From: Kiritimatiellia bacterium
GTDB lineage: Bacteria; Verrucomicrobiota; Kiritimatiellia; JAAZAB01
Reading direction: 5' to 3'
NCBI GenBank assembly: GCA_040767085.1
Contig: JAXGPF010000008.1
Location: 192,001-256,000 of the forward strand
Length of the DNA stretch: 64,000 nt
Below, in pieces: positions 55,527 to 64,000 of the stretch. Numbering within the stretch: the stretch's first letter is position 1; each line of letters opens with the position of its first letter. The notes beneath the pieces are model-generated. The model ran no database searches. It was not told the DNA's origin and worked only from the letters and a program-made list of their open reading frames with translations. A program made the translations under genes and the position numbers.

Positions 55527-57443
55527 ATGAAACCCGAGGTTTTGGAACGCTGGACGCTGGATAAGGCGGTGGAGCTTTACGGGGTCAAGAACTGGGGCAC
55601 CGGTTATTTTGACATTTCAGAAAACGGCGAAATGATCGTGCGGCCGGACGGGCCGGCTGGCCGGGTCAGCATCAACATGATGGAGCTGATCGCCGGCCTC
55701 AAGGCGCGGGGGCTGAACATGCCGGTGCTGCTGCGGTTTGCGGACATCCTTTCGGCCCGCATCAAGCAGTTGTACGACGCTTTCGATACGGCGATCCGCG
55801 ATTACAAATACGGCGGCATTTACCGCGGGGTATATCCCATCAAGGTTAACCAGCAGAAACAGGTGGTGGCGGAAATTGTGGAATTCGGCAGTCCCTACCA
55901 TCATGGTTTGGAAGCCGGCAGCAAGGCGGAACTGATGGCGGCGCTGGCCTACATCGAAGATCCCGAGGCGTTGATTGTCTGCAACGGCTACAAGGACGAG
56001 GAGTTCATCGATCTCGCCTTGTATGCCAAGAAAATGGGGCTGCAATCCATCCTGGTGATTGATTCTTACGGCGAGTTGGAATTGATCCTGGAGCGCGCGC
56101 AGCGCATGGGTGTGCGGCCCAGCCTGGGTGTACGGGTGAAATTGTCCAGCCGCGCCGGCGGTCATTGGGATGGTTCGGGCGGGGATCGGAGCATGTTCGG
56201 CTTGAATACGGCGCAGTTGATCGAGTTGATTGACAACCTGCGCGCGCGCGGCATGCTGGATTGCCTGCGGATGCTGCATTCGCATCTCGGCTCGCAGGTT
56301 TCCAATATCCGCAATATCCGCGCCGCGCTGCGCGAGGCCTGCCGGGTTTACACCGAAATGGCGCGCGAAGGCGCCGCCATGGGCATCATCAATATCGGGG
56401 GCGGTCTGGCGGTGGATTATGACGGGTCCCACACCAACTTTGCCAGCAGCCGCAATTACACCGAGCAGGAATACGCGGCGGATGTGGTGGAAGCCGTCAT
56501 GAGCGCCTGCGATGAAGCCGAATTGACGCATCCGATGATCGTCAGCGAATCCGGGCGGGCCATCGTGGCGCACCATTCCGTGCTGGTGTTTAACGTGCTC
56601 AACGTCAGCAAGTTCGAGCCGCCGCCGGTGGCCGACCGGCTGCCGGAAGACAGCCATGAAACCCTGGGCAACCTCATGGAGGTGCGCAACGCCATTTCCA
56701 CCAAAAATCTCCAGGAATGCTATCACGACGCGGTTTACTACCGCGATGAAATCCGCTCGCTTTTCCACCATGGCAACCTGACCCTGCGCGAGCGGGCGCT
56801 GGCGGAAAACATTTTCTGGGAAATTGTCTGCCGGATCGCCTCGGAGAACAAGGACCGGAAATATGTGCCGGAGGAATTGCAGGGGCTGGAAGCGGCGATT
56901 GCCGATTCGTATTACTGCAATTTCAGCGTGTTTCAATCGCTGCCGGACTCCTGGGCCATCGATCAACTCTTTCCCATCATGCCCATTCACCGTTTGAACG
57001 AAATGCCCGCCCGGCATGGCACCATTTCCGACATCACCTGCGATTCCGACGGCAAGATAGACCGGTTCATTGACCTGCATGATGTCAAGTCCACCCTGCC
57101 GCTCCATGAATTGCGGCCCGACGAGGAATATTACCTGGGAGCCTTTCTCGTCGGCGCCTACCAGGAAACGCTGGGCGATTTGCACAACCTGCTGGGCGAC
57201 ACGAATGTGCTGCATGTCCGCGCCGGGCCGGACGGCACGATTGAATACACCAACGAAATCGCGGGCGATACGGTGGCGGATGTGCTCTCCTTCGTGGAAT
57301 ACGACCCCCGGGAAATGGTCAACCGCGTGCGCCGCATGGCGGAGCAGGCGGTCCGTCACGGCCGGATTACCGCGGAAGAGCGGCGCGAAATCATGCTGGC
57401 CTACGAGGCGGGCATGCGCGGCTACACGTATTTTGAAAAATAA
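55527..57443 (+). CDS. speA: Biosynthetic arginine decarboxylase
   Basis: VYPIKVNQ, GLEAGSKAEL, CNGYKD, HSHLGSQ, GGGLAVDYDG, ESGRA, FSVFQSLPDSWAIDQLFPI, ITCDSDG, GAYQE. Confidence 0.96.
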   Translation: MKPEVLERWTLDKAVELYGVKNWGTGYFDISENGEMIVRPDGPAGRVSINMMELIAGLKARGLNMPVLLRFADILSARIKQLYDAFDTAIRDYKYGGIYRGVYPIKVNQQKQVVAEIVEFGSPYHHGLEAGSKAELMAALAYIEDPEALIVCNGYKDEEFIDLALYAKKMGLQSILVIDSYGELELILERAQRMGVRPSLGVRVKLSSRAGGHWDGSGGDRSMFGLNTAQLIELIDNLRARGMLDCLRMLHSHLGSQVSNIRNIRAALREACRVYTEMAREGAAMGIINIGGGLAVDYDGSHTNFASSRNYTEQEYAADVVEAVMSACDEAELTHPMIVSESGRAIVAHHSVLVFNVLNVSKFEPPPVADRLPEDSHETLGNLMEVRNAISTKNLQECYHDAVYYRDEIRSLFHHGNLTLRERALAENIFWEIVCRIASENKDRKYVPEELQGLEAAIADSYYCNFSVFQSLPDSWAIDQLFPIMPIHRLNEMPARHGTISDITCDSDGKIDRFIDLHDVKSTLPLHELRPDEEYYLGAFLVGAYQETLGDLHNLLGDTNVLHVRAGPDGTIEYTNEIAGDTVADVLSFVEYDPREMVNRVRRMAEQAVRHGRITAEERREIMLAYEAGMRGYTYFEK

Positions 57444-57474
57444 CGCCCGCCGGCCAGCGGGGCTGGACTCAGCC

Positions 57475-58362
57475 ATGTTTTCAGGACATTTTCTCGAAAA
57501 TGGCGTGGACTACGCGCAGGCGGCGGATGCGCCCTACGCCGTTTTGCCCGTGCCTTACGAGCGGTCGGTCAGTTTCGGCCGCGGCACAGGCGCGGCGCCG
57601 GCCGCCATCCTCTCCGCCAGCGCCCAATTGGAGCTGTTTGACGAGGAATTGCGGGTGGCGCCGGCCTTGGCGGTGCGCACGCTGCCGGCGCCGGATTGCC
57701 GGTCCGGCAATGCCGCGCAAATCCTGGCGCGCATCGGGGCCGCCGCGGCGCCGGAATTGGAAGCCGGCCGGTTCCTGCTGGCGATAGGCGGCGAGCATTC
57801 GATTACAGCCCCCCTGGTGGCGGCGGCCGCCCGGGCGCATCCCGGGTTGTCGGTGCTCCACCTGGATGCCCACTTGGATTTGCGCGGCCAGTACCATGGC
57901 GATCCGCTGTCGCATGCCTGCGTCATGCGCCGCGTCATGGATTTGCATGTGCCCATCGTGCATGCCGGCATCCGCAGCCTCTGCGAGGAAGAATATAAGC
58001 TTGTCAATCGCCGGCATTTGCCGGTATTCTGGTGGCATGACCTGGCGCTGGCCGGCGGCGACGCCTGGATGGACGCCTTGCTGGATCGTCTGGCCGACCC
58101 GGTTTATATCTCGCTGGATGTGGATGTGCTTGAGCCGGGTCTGATGCCCGGCACGGGTACGCCGGAGCCGGGCGGGCTGACATGGCTGGCGCTGACGCGC
58201 CTGCTGCGCCGGGTGTGCCGGCGGCGCAGCGTGGTGGCGGCGGATCTCGTGGAAACCGCCCCGGTGCCGGGCCAGCAGGTATCTGAATACACCGCTGCCC
58301 GCCTGGCGGCAAAGTTGCTGGCGTATCACAAGTGCGAGGGGCGGAAGCTCCGGCCGGCTTGA
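57475..58362 (+). CDS. speB: Agmatinase (ureohydrolase)
   Basis: GGEHSIT, LDAHLDLR, SHACVM, SLDVDVL, GTGTPEPGG; directly follows speA. Confidence 0.88.
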   Translation: MFSGHFLENGVDYAQAADAPYAVLPVPYERSVSFGRGTGAAPAAILSASAQLELFDEELRVAPALAVRTLPAPDCRSGNAAQILARIGAAAAPELEAGRFLLAIGGEHSITAPLVAAAARAHPGLSVLHLDAHLDLRGQYHGDPLSHACVMRRVMDLHVPIVHAGIRSLCEEEYKLVNRRHLPVFWWHDLALAGGDAWMDALLDRLADPVYISLDVDVLEPGLMPGTGTPEPGGLTWLALTRLLRRVCRRRSVVAADLVETAPVPGQQVSEYTAARLAAKLLAYHKCEGRKLRPA

Positions 58363-58398
58363 GTTATAACGCCCGCCTGCGGATTTTGGATTGAAATT

Positions 58399-60081
58399 AT
58401 GGCGGCATGTAAAAAGCCAGTTCGCAGATGCTTGGCCGGCGCCGCCCTGTGCAGCCTGGCGTTGTTGGCCGGGTGCGCCCCGGTGCTGCGCGAAGACCGG
58501 GGTTTGCGCGTGCTGGGCGATTATGCCCCGGGTTCGGATACCCGGGAGGTGGTGATCACCACCCGCGACCCGGCGCGGATTACGGAAATCGCCCGCGGCG
58601 ATGAAGAATGGGATGTGCGCCGGGCCGCCGTACGCAAACTTGCCGACCAGATCACCCTCTTTTCCATTGCGCGGTCCGATCCGGTCACCGAGGTGCGCGT
58701 GGCCGCCGTGGAGCAGTTGACGGATGCGCGCGCTTTGCGGATGGTGGCGATGGATAACACCGATCCGCTGGCCCGCTTGGCGGCGGTGGAAAAAACAGAT
58801 AACCAGGCGGTCCTGGCGGAAATCGCGGCCGCCAATACCGACCGCATGGTCCGGCGCGCCGCGATCGAGCGCATCCACATCGAGGAGCTCTTGCGCGACG
58901 CCGCTCTGCGCAATGACGATGCCTTCATCCGGGCCGCAGCGGCGGCGCGCCTGAACCGCCAGGACTACCTGCTGCAGGTGTTCCGCGAAAGCGACGATCC
59001 GTTGATGCGGCGCACGGCTTTGCGCGGCATCAAAGACCAGCGTCTGCTGGCAGAAGTTGCGGCCAATCCCGGCGACCGGGATGTGCGCAAGATGGCCGTG
59101 GAACTGATTTCCGACCAGGCGGTCCTGGGCGGCATTGCGGCCCGCGAGACGGACGATGTCATCCGCTGCCTGGCAGTGCGCAAATTGACCGACCAACGCG
59201 CGTTGTTGCGCCTGGCGCGGTCGGATCGCGCGCCGATGGTGCGCGAAGCGGCGGTGGAGCGCATTACCGATCAGGCCGCCCTGGCCCAGTTGGTGCGGCA
59301 GGATACCGAGCCGCGCGTGCGGCGGGCCGCCGTCGCCCGCCTCCAGGGCCATACGCTGGAGCGCGTCGCGCTGCAGGATGCCGATCCGGAAGTGCGCCGG
59401 CTGGCCGTCAGCCAGATCGATCCGCTGGCGGACGCCGGCGCGTTGGGGCAGGCCGCCACCCGGGATGCCGATCCCGCGGTGCGGCAAGCGGCGGTGGAAA
59501 AGCTGAAAGACCAGCCCTTGCTGGCCGGGATTGCCCGGTCGGATACCGAGCCCGCCGTGCGCCAGGCGGCGCTGCGGCGGATCACCGATCAGGCAGTGGT
59601 GGAAGCCGCCGCGCTCCGCGATCCGGACCCCGCGGTGCGCGCCGCGGCCGTGGAGCGCCTGGTTGATCAACGGGTGCTGCAGACCGTGGCCCAGCAGGAT
59701 GTGCATCGCGATGTGCGCGTGCTGGCGGCGGGGCGGATCACCGACCAGTCTCTGCTGGCGGCCTTGTCGCGCTCCGATAATCAACATGTCCGTCTGTCGG
59801 CCGTTTCCCGCTTGAACGATCAGGCGGTGCTGGCGGATATCGCCCGCAACGATCCGCTGGCGGATGTCCGGCGCGCAGCCGTAATGCGGACGCACAATCC
59901 GGAGGTCGTGGCCGAGGCGGCCGCATCGGATACGGACGCCATGGTGCGCGAAGCGGCCTTGCGCCTGCTGACGGACCAGGCGCTGCTGGCGCGCATTCGC
60001 GATCACGATCCCATCCGGGAGGTGCGGGCCGCCGCTGCCCTGCGCCTGCAGGAATTGAAGGACAGCGGTGTCGAACAATGA
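58399..60081 (+). CDS. Lipoprotein composed of ~24-aa HEAT/LRV-like repeats
   Basis: Lipobox LLAGC; ~21 repeats of the form LxxIAxxDxxxxVRxAAVxxLTDQ. Confidence 0.82.
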   Translation: MAACKKPVRRCLAGAALCSLALLAGCAPVLREDRGLRVLGDYAPGSDTREVVITTRDPARITEIARGDEEWDVRRAAVRKLADQITLFSIARSDPVTEVRVAAVEQLTDARALRMVAMDNTDPLARLAAVEKTDNQAVLAEIAAANTDRMVRRAAIERIHIEELLRDAALRNDDAFIRAAAAARLNRQDYLLQVFRESDDPLMRRTALRGIKDQRLLAEVAANPGDRDVRKMAVELISDQAVLGGIAARETDDVIRCLAVRKLTDQRALLRLARSDRAPMVREAAVERITDQAALAQLVRQDTEPRVRRAAVARLQGHTLERVALQDADPEVRRLAVSQIDPLADAGALGQAATRDADPAVRQAAVEKLKDQPLLAGIARSDTEPAVRQAALRRITDQAVVEAAALRDPDPAVRAAAVERLVDQRVLQTVAQQDVHRDVRVLAAGRITDQSLLAALSRSDNQHVRLSAVSRLNDQAVLADIARNDPLADVRRAAVMRTHNPEVVAEAAASDTDAMVREAALRLLTDQALLARIRDHDPIREVRAAAALRLQELKDSGVEQ

Positions 60082-61034
60082 AAACCATGCCGCCCAATCA
60101 AAGCGCCGGACGGACCGGCCAGAACGTGAGCCTGGATTTGGCCGCGATCAAGCGCATTCTTCCGCATCGCTATCCGATGCTCATGCTGGATTACGCGCAA
60201 TGGCTGCCGGCGGAGCAATGCGGCGCAGCCTGGAAATGCGTCGCGGCCGACGAGCCGTTTTTCCCCGGCCATTTTCCGGGCCGCCCGGTCATGCCAGGGG
60301 TGCTGATCCTGGAAGCCATGCTGCAGAATGCCGGGATCGTGCTGCACCACCTGGCGGCGCCGGGCAACGGCGATCCGATGGTCACCGCCATGCGTAAAAT
60401 CAAGTTCCGGCGCCCGGTGATACCCGGCGATCTGCTGCAATTGCGCGCCCGGCTGCAATCCTTGCGTCCGCGCACGGCGGTGCTGGCGGCTTCCGCCATG
60501 GTGCGCGATCAAATCGCCTGCCAGGCGGAAATCACCATCAGCCGTTGCCCCGCGATGCCCCCCCCGCCGCCGCCCATGCCGTTGCCGGAAACCGCCGGCG
60601 AACCGCTGCTGACCGCCGATAAAATCCTGGCAATCATCCCCCACCGCCATCCCATGCTCATGGTAGACGCCATCCTTAAAATTGAAGGCGACACGCTGAC
60701 GGCTGTAAAAAATGTTTCCGGCAACGAGCCTTTTTTCCGGGGGCATTTCCCCGGCCCGCTGGTCATGCCCGGATCGCTCCTCCTGGAAACGATGGCCCAG
60801 GCGGGCGCGGTGTATATCCTGCAGCAGCCGGCGCATCGCGGCAAACTGATCTATTTCATGGGCGTGGACCGCGTGCGGTTCCGGCGTCCCGTTCAGCCGG
60901 GTTGCCAGTTGCTGATCACCGCGCAACTCCTGTCGTTGCGCAGCCGCGCCGGCCGCGCACGCGGCGCCATCCGTGTGAACGGCGCCCTGGCGGTGGACGC
61001 TGAACTCAGTTTTGCGATGGTGGAGGCCGGCTAA
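60078..61034 (+). CDS. fabZ: Tandem double-domain 3-hydroxyacyl-ACP dehydratase (FabZ-FabZ fusion)
   Basis: Two copies of PHRxPMLMxD...EPFFxGHFPG..VMPG.L..E.M.Q...FRRPV.PG joined by a Pro-rich linker. Confidence 0.82.
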   Translation: MKTMPPNQSAGRTGQNVSLDLAAIKRILPHRYPMLMLDYAQWLPAEQCGAAWKCVAADEPFFPGHFPGRPVMPGVLILEAMLQNAGIVLHHLAAPGNGDPMVTAMRKIKFRRPVIPGDLLQLRARLQSLRPRTAVLAASAMVRDQIACQAEITISRCPAMPPPPPPMPLPETAGEPLLTADKILAIIPHRHPMLMVDAILKIEGDTLTAVKNVSGNEPFFRGHFPGPLVMPGSLLLETMAQAGAVYILQQPAHRGKLIYFMGVDRVRFRRPVQPGCQLLITAQLLSLRSRAGRARGAIRVNGALAVDAELSFAMVEAG

Positions 61035-61050
61035 CGCCAGGACCGAAAAC

Positions 61051-61935
61051 GTGAATAGTGTTCAATCTCAAGCCGCCCTGGCCGGGGCAGGGCGGATCGG
61101 CCCTGCCGCTCTCCGGAGCGGTAACGCCGGCCGGCGGCGCGCGCTCCTGCTGTCGCTGCTGCTGGCGGGCGGGCCGCTCCGCGCGGCGGAAGATGCGCCG
61201 CCGCTCTCCGCTGCGGAGATCATGGAGCGGGTGCGCGCCAATCTTCCGGAGATGCCGGTGATGATGCGCGGTCAATTGCGGAGCGGGCCGCTGCAAGGCG
61301 GCTTCGACCATAAATATTACGTGGAAATCCGTTGGGATTTCGGTCGGCGGCCCATGACGGCCGACTATGTTCTGCGCGACCGGTTTGGCGGCCCGTTGGA
61401 GCAGTTGTTCGTCTTGCGGCACGGCCCGGCGGATGTGGATGTGCGTTATACCAGGGGGGAGCAGGCGGTGTCCGGCGCACTGCCGCCGGCGCATGAAAAC
61501 ATCCAGGCCACGGATGTCACCTGGGGCGATTTGATGCTGTCGTTCTTATGGTGGCCCGCGACGCGCCTGGTCGGCCGCGATACGTTCCGCGGCCGCGATT
61601 GCCTGGTGGTGGAATTGGCGCCCCCGGGAACGGCGCCGGCCGCGCCGGACGTTGCCGCTGCCGCCCTGCCGGAAACGCGCCGGTTGTGGGTGGATGAAAA
61701 AATGTTTGTCTTTTTGCAGATGGAAGTCTGGCTCTCAGGCCAGCCGGCGCGGCGGCTGATGGTTCGCAGTTTCAAAAAAATCAACGACCAGTGGATGATC
61801 AAGGATCTGGAAATGCGCGCGGTGGGATTGTCCCATCGTACCTTGCTGCAGATCGAGGATATGACCACTCCGGAGACGCCCGGGGCAGCGGCGGCGGGGG
61901 AGCAGGTCCCGCCCTTACCGCCGGTTGAACGCTGA
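61051..61935 (+). CDS. Outer-membrane lipoprotein-sorting (LolA-like) protein
   Basis: Signal-like segment; ATDVTWGDL, GRDCLVVE, LWVD, KKINDQWMIKDLEM, TLLQI beta-rich pattern. Confidence 0.65.
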   Translation: MNSVQSQAALAGAGRIGPAALRSGNAGRRRALLLSLLLAGGPLRAAEDAPPLSAAEIMERVRANLPEMPVMMRGQLRSGPLQGGFDHKYYVEIRWDFGRRPMTADYVLRDRFGGPLEQLFVLRHGPADVDVRYTRGEQAVSGALPPAHENIQATDVTWGDLMLSFLWWPATRLVGRDTFRGRDCLVVELAPPGTAPAAPDVAAAALPETRRLWVDEKMFVFLQMEVWLSGQPARRLMVRSFKKINDQWMIKDLEMRAVGLSHRTLLQIEDMTTPETPGAAAAGEQVPPLPPVER

Positions 61936-62040
61936 GGCCGGCCGCGCGCCGCTGCGCCTCATGCGACCACCGTCATCAGCACGGAACGCCGGCGCGGCCC
62001 GTCAAACTCACAGAAGTAGTTGCGTGGCACATCCGCCGCG

Positions 62041-63090
62041 TCACTCCACCAGCCGCCGGGCTTCCCCGTTGGCGTTGCCGGTTAATCCGGCGACCAGGTT
62101 GTTGACCAACTCGTCTTTGCGCTGGAGGCGCTGGTCGGCTGTCATTCCGGTCAAGTCCAGGTAGCCGGCGGCAGCGTGGCTGTGGCCGCCGCAGGATCCG
62201 GCGTAGCGCCGGGTGATTTTGCGCAAGTACCGGGCGCAATCCGCGCCGGTTTCGCTCCGGATGGAAATGAGCAGACGGTCGCCCATGCCGGCGGTGCAGA
62301 AAGCCCAGGTAATCCGTTCAATCCGCAGCAGCAAATCGGCCAGTTCGGCCACGATTTCCGGTTGGGGCGTTTCCGGCAGGTGGGACCAGGCTACGCGGCG
62401 GTAAGTCCGCGCCTGGCGCATGCCCTCGGTCAGGAAAGCGTAGTATTCGCGGGGCAGCGGGGCTGTGCGGATGCGGCCCAGCAGCCGCAGGTTGGCTCCC
62501 GCCAGCAGCGCCATGTACGCGGTTATGTCGCGCGCCGTGGCGCCATGGGTGAATTCAATGGTCTCCACGGCAATGGCGTAGGCCATGATGGTCGCCAGCC
62601 AGGGCGGCGGGACGATTTGCGCCGCTGCCAGGAGTTCGTACAGGCGGGTGGCCGTGGCGCCCAGGTTCGGCTGGATGTCTAAAAACAAGCCGCCAGGCGG
62701 CCCCGCCTGGCGCGCCGTCAAGCGGGTCGGCCGTTGATGATGGTCAAACACGGCTACCGGCCGGAAGCCGGCGGGGCGCGTAACGTTGCCGCTCCAGGGC
62801 AACACGTCAACGAAAATCGCGGGTTGGGACCGGCCGGCGGGCGCGGCTTTTTTAACGGCGCCGGTACGGTAGCGGAAATGGCGCAGTAGTTCCCGGTTTT
62901 CCGGCCGCGAAACATCGCCGTGATAGACAATCCGGCCCTTGATCCGCCAGCGCTGCCGCAACAGCAGTTGCATGGCGGCGGCGGAAGCCAGGGCGTCGGG
63001 GTCGGGATAATCATGGGTAACGATCCAGACCTGTCCGCGGGCGGGCAGGGCGGCTTGCAGGCGCGCCAGGCATTCAACATCCGCATTCAT
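62041..63090 (-). CDS. DHH family phosphoesterase
   Basis: HDYPDPDALAS, FVD, FDHH, GATAT, SIRS, GGHSHAAAG. Confidence 0.88.
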   Translation of the reverse strand: MNADVECLARLQAALPARGQVWIVTHDYPDPDALASAAAMQLLLRQRWRIKGRIVYHGDVSRPENRELLRHFRYRTGAVKKAAPAGRSQPAIFVDVLPWSGNVTRPAGFRPVAVFDHHQRPTRLTARQAGPPGGLFLDIQPNLGATATRLYELLAAAQIVPPPWLATIMAYAIAVETIEFTHGATARDITAYMALLAGANLRLLGRIRTAPLPREYYAFLTEGMRQARTYRRVAWSHLPETPQPEIVAELADLLLRIERITWAFCTAGMGDRLLISIRSETGADCARYLRKITRRYAGSCGGHSHAAAGYLDLTGMTADQRLQRKDELVNNLVAGLTGNANGEARRLVE

Positions 63091-63269
63091 TTCAACAGCA
63101 GGCCGATCGCCACGCCGACGGCGATGAAGCCCAGGAAAACAATGGACTTGATCGCCGTGACGGTGGTGAAAACCAGGTGCACGGAAATGTCCGCCCCCTT
63201 GGTGTTGAAAACCAGCACCAGGGCGGTCAGCAGCAATATCGCCAAGGCGGCCATCATTTTTTTAGGCAT
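63087..63269 (-). CDS. Small two-TM membrane protein (LapA/DUF1049-like)
   Basis: 60 aa, TM-FN-beta linker-TM ending GVAIGLL; RBS aggag; ATGA overlap with the DHH gene. Confidence 0.65.
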   Translation of the reverse strand: MPKKMMAALAILLLTALVLVFNTKGADISVHLVFTTVTAIKSIVFLGFIAVGVAIGLLLK

Positions 63270-63358
63270 GGATGCTCCTTGTCTTTTTAAACAGGATAAT
63301 CATAACATTTACCCGGCGCCAGGCAATGCAAATCCGCGGCATGCCAACCTGCGGCCCA

Positions 63359-63584
63359 GGGCTGCCTCATTATCAGCGGCAGCTCCCGCGCCAAGTTGCA
63401 CGCCGTTCCCGAGGTAGGGCGCGCAGTCCCTTGCGCGCCGTTCCGGATTGGAGGCGGCCAAGGGACCCAGGCTTTGCCAAGGCTACGCCGGGCAAGCTGG
63501 CCGCCCTACCGAAGGATGAAGACGGATTCCAAAGGTAGGGCGCGGTCTCCGCACCGCGCCGTCTTTTCCGAGAATGACGCAGCC
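63359..63584. repeat. Cluster of three GTAG-type REP-like palindromes, one with a 31-nt insertion
   Basis: GGTAGGGCG at 63413 (+), 63510 (-) and 63534 (+); the last matches 5194-5244 at 45/51 nt. Confidence 0.75.
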
Positions 63585-63686
63585 GCGGCCATCGTCCGGG
63601 GGGCGGGATAAAAAATGTTTCCATTTGACGCTGCTCAGTGTATCCTGTGACGCTCAGTTTTTAAAAGCATGGCAGGAGAGAGCGAT

Positions 63687-64000
63687 ATGGAAATGTTGAA
63701 AAAATCCGGCGCGTCCCGGCCCAAGGGCCCGGTGGTGCTGGCGATCATGGACGGCGTGGGCATCGGCAAATATCCCGAGGGCGACGCCGTGCGCACGGCC
63801 TTGACCCCGCAACTGGATTGGCTGGCGCAGCACGCTCTCACCAGCCGGTTGAAGGCCCATGGGCGCGCGGTCGGCTTGCCCTCCGATGCCGACATGGGCA
63901 ACAGCGAAGTCGGCCATAACGCCATCGGATGCGGCCGGGTGTTCGACCAGGGCGCGATGCTGGTGAATGCCGCCATTGAATCGGGCAGCTTGTTCCGCGG
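63687..64000 (+). CDS. gpmI: 2,3-bisphosphoglycerate-independent phosphoglycerate mutase, N-terminal part (runs off window)
   Basis: My translation: PVVLAIMDGVG...LKAHGRAVGLPSDADMGNSEVGHNAIGCGRVFDQG; absent from the ORF track because the stop lies outside the window. Confidence 0.92.
   Translation, partial: MEMLKKSGASRPKGPVVLAIMDGVGIGKYPEGDAVRTALTPQLDWLAQHALTSRLKAHGRAVGLPSDADMGNSEVGHNAIGCGRVFDQGAMLVNAAIESGSLFR

Overview
A GC-rich bacterial chromosome segment with about 53 protein genes. The many Gfo/Idh/MocA, UroD-like and ceramidase-like paralogs, the BACON/FG-GAP protein and the conserved TPR gene suggest a PVC-group organism such as Kiritimatiellota or Lentisphaerota (inference). Housekeeping genes include hpt, nadB, guaB, a ManA-like isomerase, mlaEFD, speA-speB, a cell-wall amidase and partial gpmI. 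Two orphan catabolic clusters act on unknown amino-sugar or aminocyclitol substrates: a DeoR-led cluster at 10.3-26.0 kb and an AraC-linked cluster at 43.6-51.6 kb. I recognised no tRNA, rRNA, CRISPR array, transposase, integrase or prophage gene. The best leads are: (1) an MlaEFD system preceded by a secreted protein of about 22 aromatic 'W/F-P-L/F' repeats, with a recent 162-bp duplication in MlaD; (2) a single-chain FabZ-FabZ fusion coupled to a HEAT-like repeat lipoprotein and a LolA-like gene; (3) a candidate structured RNA upstream of speA; (4) a strongly G-skewed BACON/FG-GAP gene; (5) many non-coding junction elements, namely GTAG-type REPs with nested hairpin insertions and 6/7/8/9-mer micro-repeats, two of which bracket an oxidoreductase gene as 49/51-identical direct repeats. 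All calls come from reading motifs by eye; no database search was run.
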